NCBI GenBank assembly: GCA_046318155.1
Contig: JBKCUU010000109.1
Span: forward strand, 1-28,279
Reading direction: 5' to 3'
Source: Bdellovibrio sp.
GTDB lineage: Bacteria; Bdellovibrionota; Bdellovibrionia; Bdellovibrionales; Bdellovibrionaceae
DNA length: 28,279 bases
Each line of letters begins with the position of its first letter. Positions within the stretch are counted from its first letter, which is position 1. The position numbers and the translations under genes were made by a program. The notes beneath the pieces are model-generated. The model was given only the letters and a program-made list of their open reading frames with translations. It was not told where the DNA came from and ran no database searches. Below are positions 24,956 to 28,279 of the stretch, piece by piece.

Positions 24956-27772
24956 ATGGCACAAAGCCTTGTTCAGACTTGGGAAAAGAACCGTGAAACC
25001 CTCGAAAAAATCGCCGGGCGCGCCCACTACTTGGCCACCCAGATGATCTATCAGGCGAATCACCGCACTGAAAAAGACAAGGGTGATCCCAAAATTGGTG
25101 GCCACGTTTCGGCTTCAGCTTCGTCTTTGCACATCATGGGTGCTTTGCACTTATTGGTAAAAACCGGGTTTGACCACATCGCCAACAAGCCGCACGCGTC
25201 TCCCACAGACCACGCGTACAACTACTTGCTAGATTTGTTTTTGAAATCGGATCTGTCAAAGTTTTCTCTCGAGGATTGCAATACGGCGATGATGGGCCTT
25301 CGTAAATACTCGCAAAATGGCGAACCTGTCTTTCAAAGTTACCATTCCACTTACGATCCCGATCACCACAATTTTTTTCCCTCGGGCACAGTTGGAATCC
25401 CGCCCGTCAATGCCGGCTACTTAGCTTTGGCGTACCGCTATGCTCGCGAACATGGCTACGAAGTTCCGGACGCTCACTTCTGGTGTGTTTCGGGAGACTC
25501 TGAGTTTCGTGAAGGTTCAATGTTTGAAGCAATCCCCGATTTTGCTGAACGTGAGATTGGCAACCTGACTTGGATTCTGGATTACAACCGTCAGTCTTTG
25601 GACGGTCACCGCATTACCAATAAAAAAATCATGAACGGCAACGATGCCATGCGTGTCGAGCGCACCATGACGGCCAATGGCTGGGACGTCATCCAGGTCC
25701 GTCACGGTTCAAAACGTAAATCGCTCTTCAAAAAGCCGGGCGGCGAAGCGTTTCAAAACTTCTTAGAAAACGATCTCGAAGACTTTGAGTTTCAAGCGCT
25801 GCTTCTTGTTCGCGATATGAAGGCGCTCAAAAAAGGCATCGCCAAAGAGCACCCGGCTCTTAAAAAATTCTTAGAATCTGTCACGGATGAAGAGCTGTTT
25901 GAGGGTCTTCGCGATTTGGGTGGCCATGACATGGTGGCCTTAGCCGAAGCCATGCTCGAATCTAAAAAAAGCACCCGCCGGCCGACACTCATTATCGCCC
26001 ATACACTCAAAGGCTGGGGCCTCAAAATGGCGGCGGCTCCTGGCAATCACTCGGCGCTCTTGAATGAAGACGAGCTCGTCTTGCTTGGCAAGGCTCAAGG
26101 GATTACAGGCGACGCCTTGTTCGCACGTTTTGCTGACGGCCAGACCGAGAGCAAGTTCTTAAAAGAGCGCGGCGAGAAACTGCTTTCAGAAATCAAAGCT
26201 CAGCACGCCCTTAAAGCAAAAAACCAGGAAAAGTTTTTGGCGCTGACTGAGAAACACGGGCACATCCCGCCCACTCTCGAGATCAGTTTGAAAATGGCCA
26301 GTTACCCCCACACACAGTGGATGCTGGGACAGCTGACCGCAAAACTCACACGGATCGCAAACACACCACTGGACGAGAAAAAGTTAGCTCAAGGGCAAAA
26401 GGCTCTCACGGCACACGAACTACCTTGGAAAGTACCGGGCGAACTAATGGTCTCGATGGCGCCAGACGTCGGCACCTCGACAAACCTAAATCCCGCCATG
26501 GACGGAAAAATCTTTGGTGCCGTGATGGTGGATGATTATGAAACGGATCTGGGCGTGAAAGATGCCAAGCTTCCTGACTTGGTGCCTGGCGAAGACGTGT
26601 CGGACCGGTTTATCCGTTTTGAAATTGCAGAGTGCAACGTGATGTCTTGCGTAGGCTCGTTCGGACGCATGCGTGACTTGGTCGGCGTTCCGATCATTCC
26701 GCTGATGACCGTTTATGATTTCTTTATCAAACGTGCCCTCGATCAGTACTTTTACAACTTGTACTGGAAATCGAGCTTCATTTTAGTTGGGACTCCATCA
26801 GGCGTGACGCTTTCTCCAGAGGGAGCACAGCACGGCTGGAAGTCTGACATTCAAATTCCCAATCAGGTCACGTGGGAACCTTTCTTTTGCCAAGAGCTCG
26901 ATTGGATCCTGTGTGAGTCGATTCGCCGTCACATGACGGGCGATAATGTCGGCCGCACTGGCGTGTTGATCCGCGGGGTCACTCGCGGGGTCGAGCAAAA
27001 AGACCTCATGACCTATCTTAAAAAGCAAATGCGTTTTAAAGAAGGCCTCTCGGCTGCTCTCTGCAGAGCTGAGTTTCCACTTGAGGGGGCTCTCGACGAA
27101 TCACAAGTGGCCACGGTTTCTGAGGAGCAAATTCTTGAGGCCATGCGTGCTGATGTTTTAGAGGGCGCTTATTACCTGATCGATTACCGTGGGTATGCGG
27201 GCTTTGAGCCCGGCGATAACGTGGTCAACATTATCACAATGGGCAGCCCCACGACCGAGGCCATTCGCGCCTCTGAAGCACTGTTAAGCAAAGGCGTTTA
27301 CGCCAATGTGATCGTGGTGACTTCGTCAGACTTGGTTTGCGGGATTCAGGCGCACGAAAATGACTACCGCTGGCTTAAAGAAGGTCTTCGCTTAAACAGC
27401 GATTTACACATTCACGCCACCGAGCAACTGGGAGGTTCAGATTTGGTGACAGCTGCGGGTCGCCGTGTGCCGATCGTGAGCGTTCATGATGGCGAAGCCG
27501 GTTTGCTCGACAACTTGGGTTCGATTGTTGGTGTTCGTCAAGAATCGCTCGCGGTGCGCAAGCACTCAAAATGCGGCCGTCCCAATGAAATCTTTGCTTT
27601 CCATGGCATTGATGCGGACGCGATTGTCGAGGCCGTCGGTAAAGTTTTATCTGAAACCGCGCTCGAGAATGTTCGCATCAGCCAAGCCGTGATGGGCGAA
27701 ACCACCTCGCTGGCACCAGAGCCCGCAAAATGGGATGAGCTGTGGCCTTCAAGACCACAAAATCGCCATTAA
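24956..27772 (+). CDS. aceE: AceE-type 2-oxoacid (probably pyruvate) dehydrogenase E1; start ATG 24956
   Basis: IGGHVSASAS, KPHASP, FQSY, ThDP motif GDSE...DYNRQSLDG, HTLKGWG, EGAQH; GGAG RBS at 24945-24948. Confidence 0.8.
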   Translation: MAQSLVQTWEKNRETLEKIAGRAHYLATQMIYQANHRTEKDKGDPKIGGHVSASASSLHIMGALHLLVKTGFDHIANKPHASPTDHAYNYLLDLFLKSDLSKFSLEDCNTAMMGLRKYSQNGEPVFQSYHSTYDPDHHNFFPSGTVGIPPVNAGYLALAYRYAREHGYEVPDAHFWCVSGDSEFREGSMFEAIPDFAEREIGNLTWILDYNRQSLDGHRITNKKIMNGNDAMRVERTMTANGWDVIQVRHGSKRKSLFKKPGGEAFQNFLENDLEDFEFQALLLVRDMKALKKGIAKEHPALKKFLESVTDEELFEGLRDLGGHDMVALAEAMLESKKSTRRPTLIIAHTLKGWGLKMAAAPGNHSALLNEDELVLLGKAQGITGDALFARFADGQTESKFLKERGEKLLSEIKAQHALKAKNQEKFLALTEKHGHIPPTLEISLKMASYPHTQWMLGQLTAKLTRIANTPLDEKKLAQGQKALTAHELPWKVPGELMVSMAPDVGTSTNLNPAMDGKIFGAVMVDDYETDLGVKDAKLPDLVPGEDVSDRFIRFEIAECNVMSCVGSFGRMRDLVGVPIIPLMTVYDFFIKRALDQYFYNLYWKSSFILVGTPSGVTLSPEGAQHGWKSDIQIPNQVTWEPFFCQELDWILCESIRRHMTGDNVGRTGVLIRGVTRGVEQKDLMTYLKKQMRFKEGLSAALCRAEFPLEGALDESQVATVSEEQILEAMRADVLEGAYYLIDYRGYAGFEPGDNVVNIITMGSPTTEAIRASEALLSKGVYANVIVVTSSDLVCGIQAHENDYRWLKEGLRLNSDLHIHATEQLGGSDLVTAAGRRVPIVSVHDGEAGLLDNLGSIVGVRQESLAVRKHSKCGRPNEIFAFHGIDADAIVEAVGKVLSETALENVRISQAVMGETTSLAPEPAKWDELWPSRPQNRH

Positions 27773-27798
27773 TGAGCACGCTAAGCTGGTAAACAAGG

Positions 27799-28279
27799 AT
27801 GGATGACGTGAAAATTTACTTTCTCAGTGACGGCACTCGCAAAATCGGACCCTTCTCAGCTCAAGAGGTCACCAAAATGCTATTCAACTGCCAGATTGAT
27901 ATTCTCGATCAGGTATTTAATAGCGAAACCTCAGACTGGGTCCCTGTCACCTCACTGCAACAAGACGAAAAACCCAAAACCCGCCGCGAATCCTCCTCCC
28001 CTCATTCAAAAAGAAGCCTTTCAACTCAAAAAACCAGAGCCGCCCACAGCCCCCGTCTCTCAAACCGATCGATGGCTTGCCAAAGAAGGTGCCGTCACTC
28101 TTGGTCCCTATACATTCATTACAATCTTAGGGATGATTTGTACCTTTCGATTTTTCACGGCCCCGCACAATCAGACGAGACCATGCAGTTTAATGCACAA
28201 GGCATCGTGCTGAATGTGATGCACGTCGAGAGCAAGTACGATGACTACTACAAACACGCGGTGTAGTTTACGGCCCTGA
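27799..28279 (+). pseudogene. Disrupted GYF_2 (DUF4339) x2 plus PilZ-like gene (pseudogene or assembly error)
   Basis: First GYF_2 YFLSDGTRKIGPFS...W in the start frame; second WLAKEGAVTLGPYTF in the +1 frame; PilZ-like C-terminal strands back in the start frame, interrupted by TAG at 28264. Confidence 0.65.

Overview
Gene-dense chromosomal segment, most likely from a Bdellovibrio-like predator (Bdellovibrionota). This assignment is inferred from a PopA/Bd0427-like major outer-membrane protein, a FliC3/FliC4-like flagellin pair and a GYF_2/PilZ-like gene; the Bdellovibrio matches are from recall, not a search. Order: partial popA-like OMP (-, absent from the ORF track); rnr-ubiB-like kinase-LysR-like-GbsR-like (+); a 28-aa hydrophobic ORF; two flagellins (-) with sigma28-like promoters and GGA-loop hairpin leaders; a split HTTM (SdpA/SdpB-like) pair and a vWA lipoprotein (+); thyA-folA (-) divergent from LysR and a SAMHD1/YwfO-like HD phosphohydrolase; thiolase (-); purD (+); a secreted beta-rich protein (-) divergent from a 752-aa secreted Cys-rich helical protein preceded by hairpins and a 3x13-bp repeat; PP2C-M23 (-); TonB-family protein; AceE-type E1; and a triply disrupted GYF_2-GYF_2-PilZ-like gene at the right edge. 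I saw no rRNA, tRNA, CRISPR, integrase or transposase. Best leads: the split-HTTM/vWA module, the pore-former-like secreted protein with its repeat-containing upstream region, CsrA-type flagellin leaders and the structured inter-flagellin spacer. None is proven novel from sequence alone.
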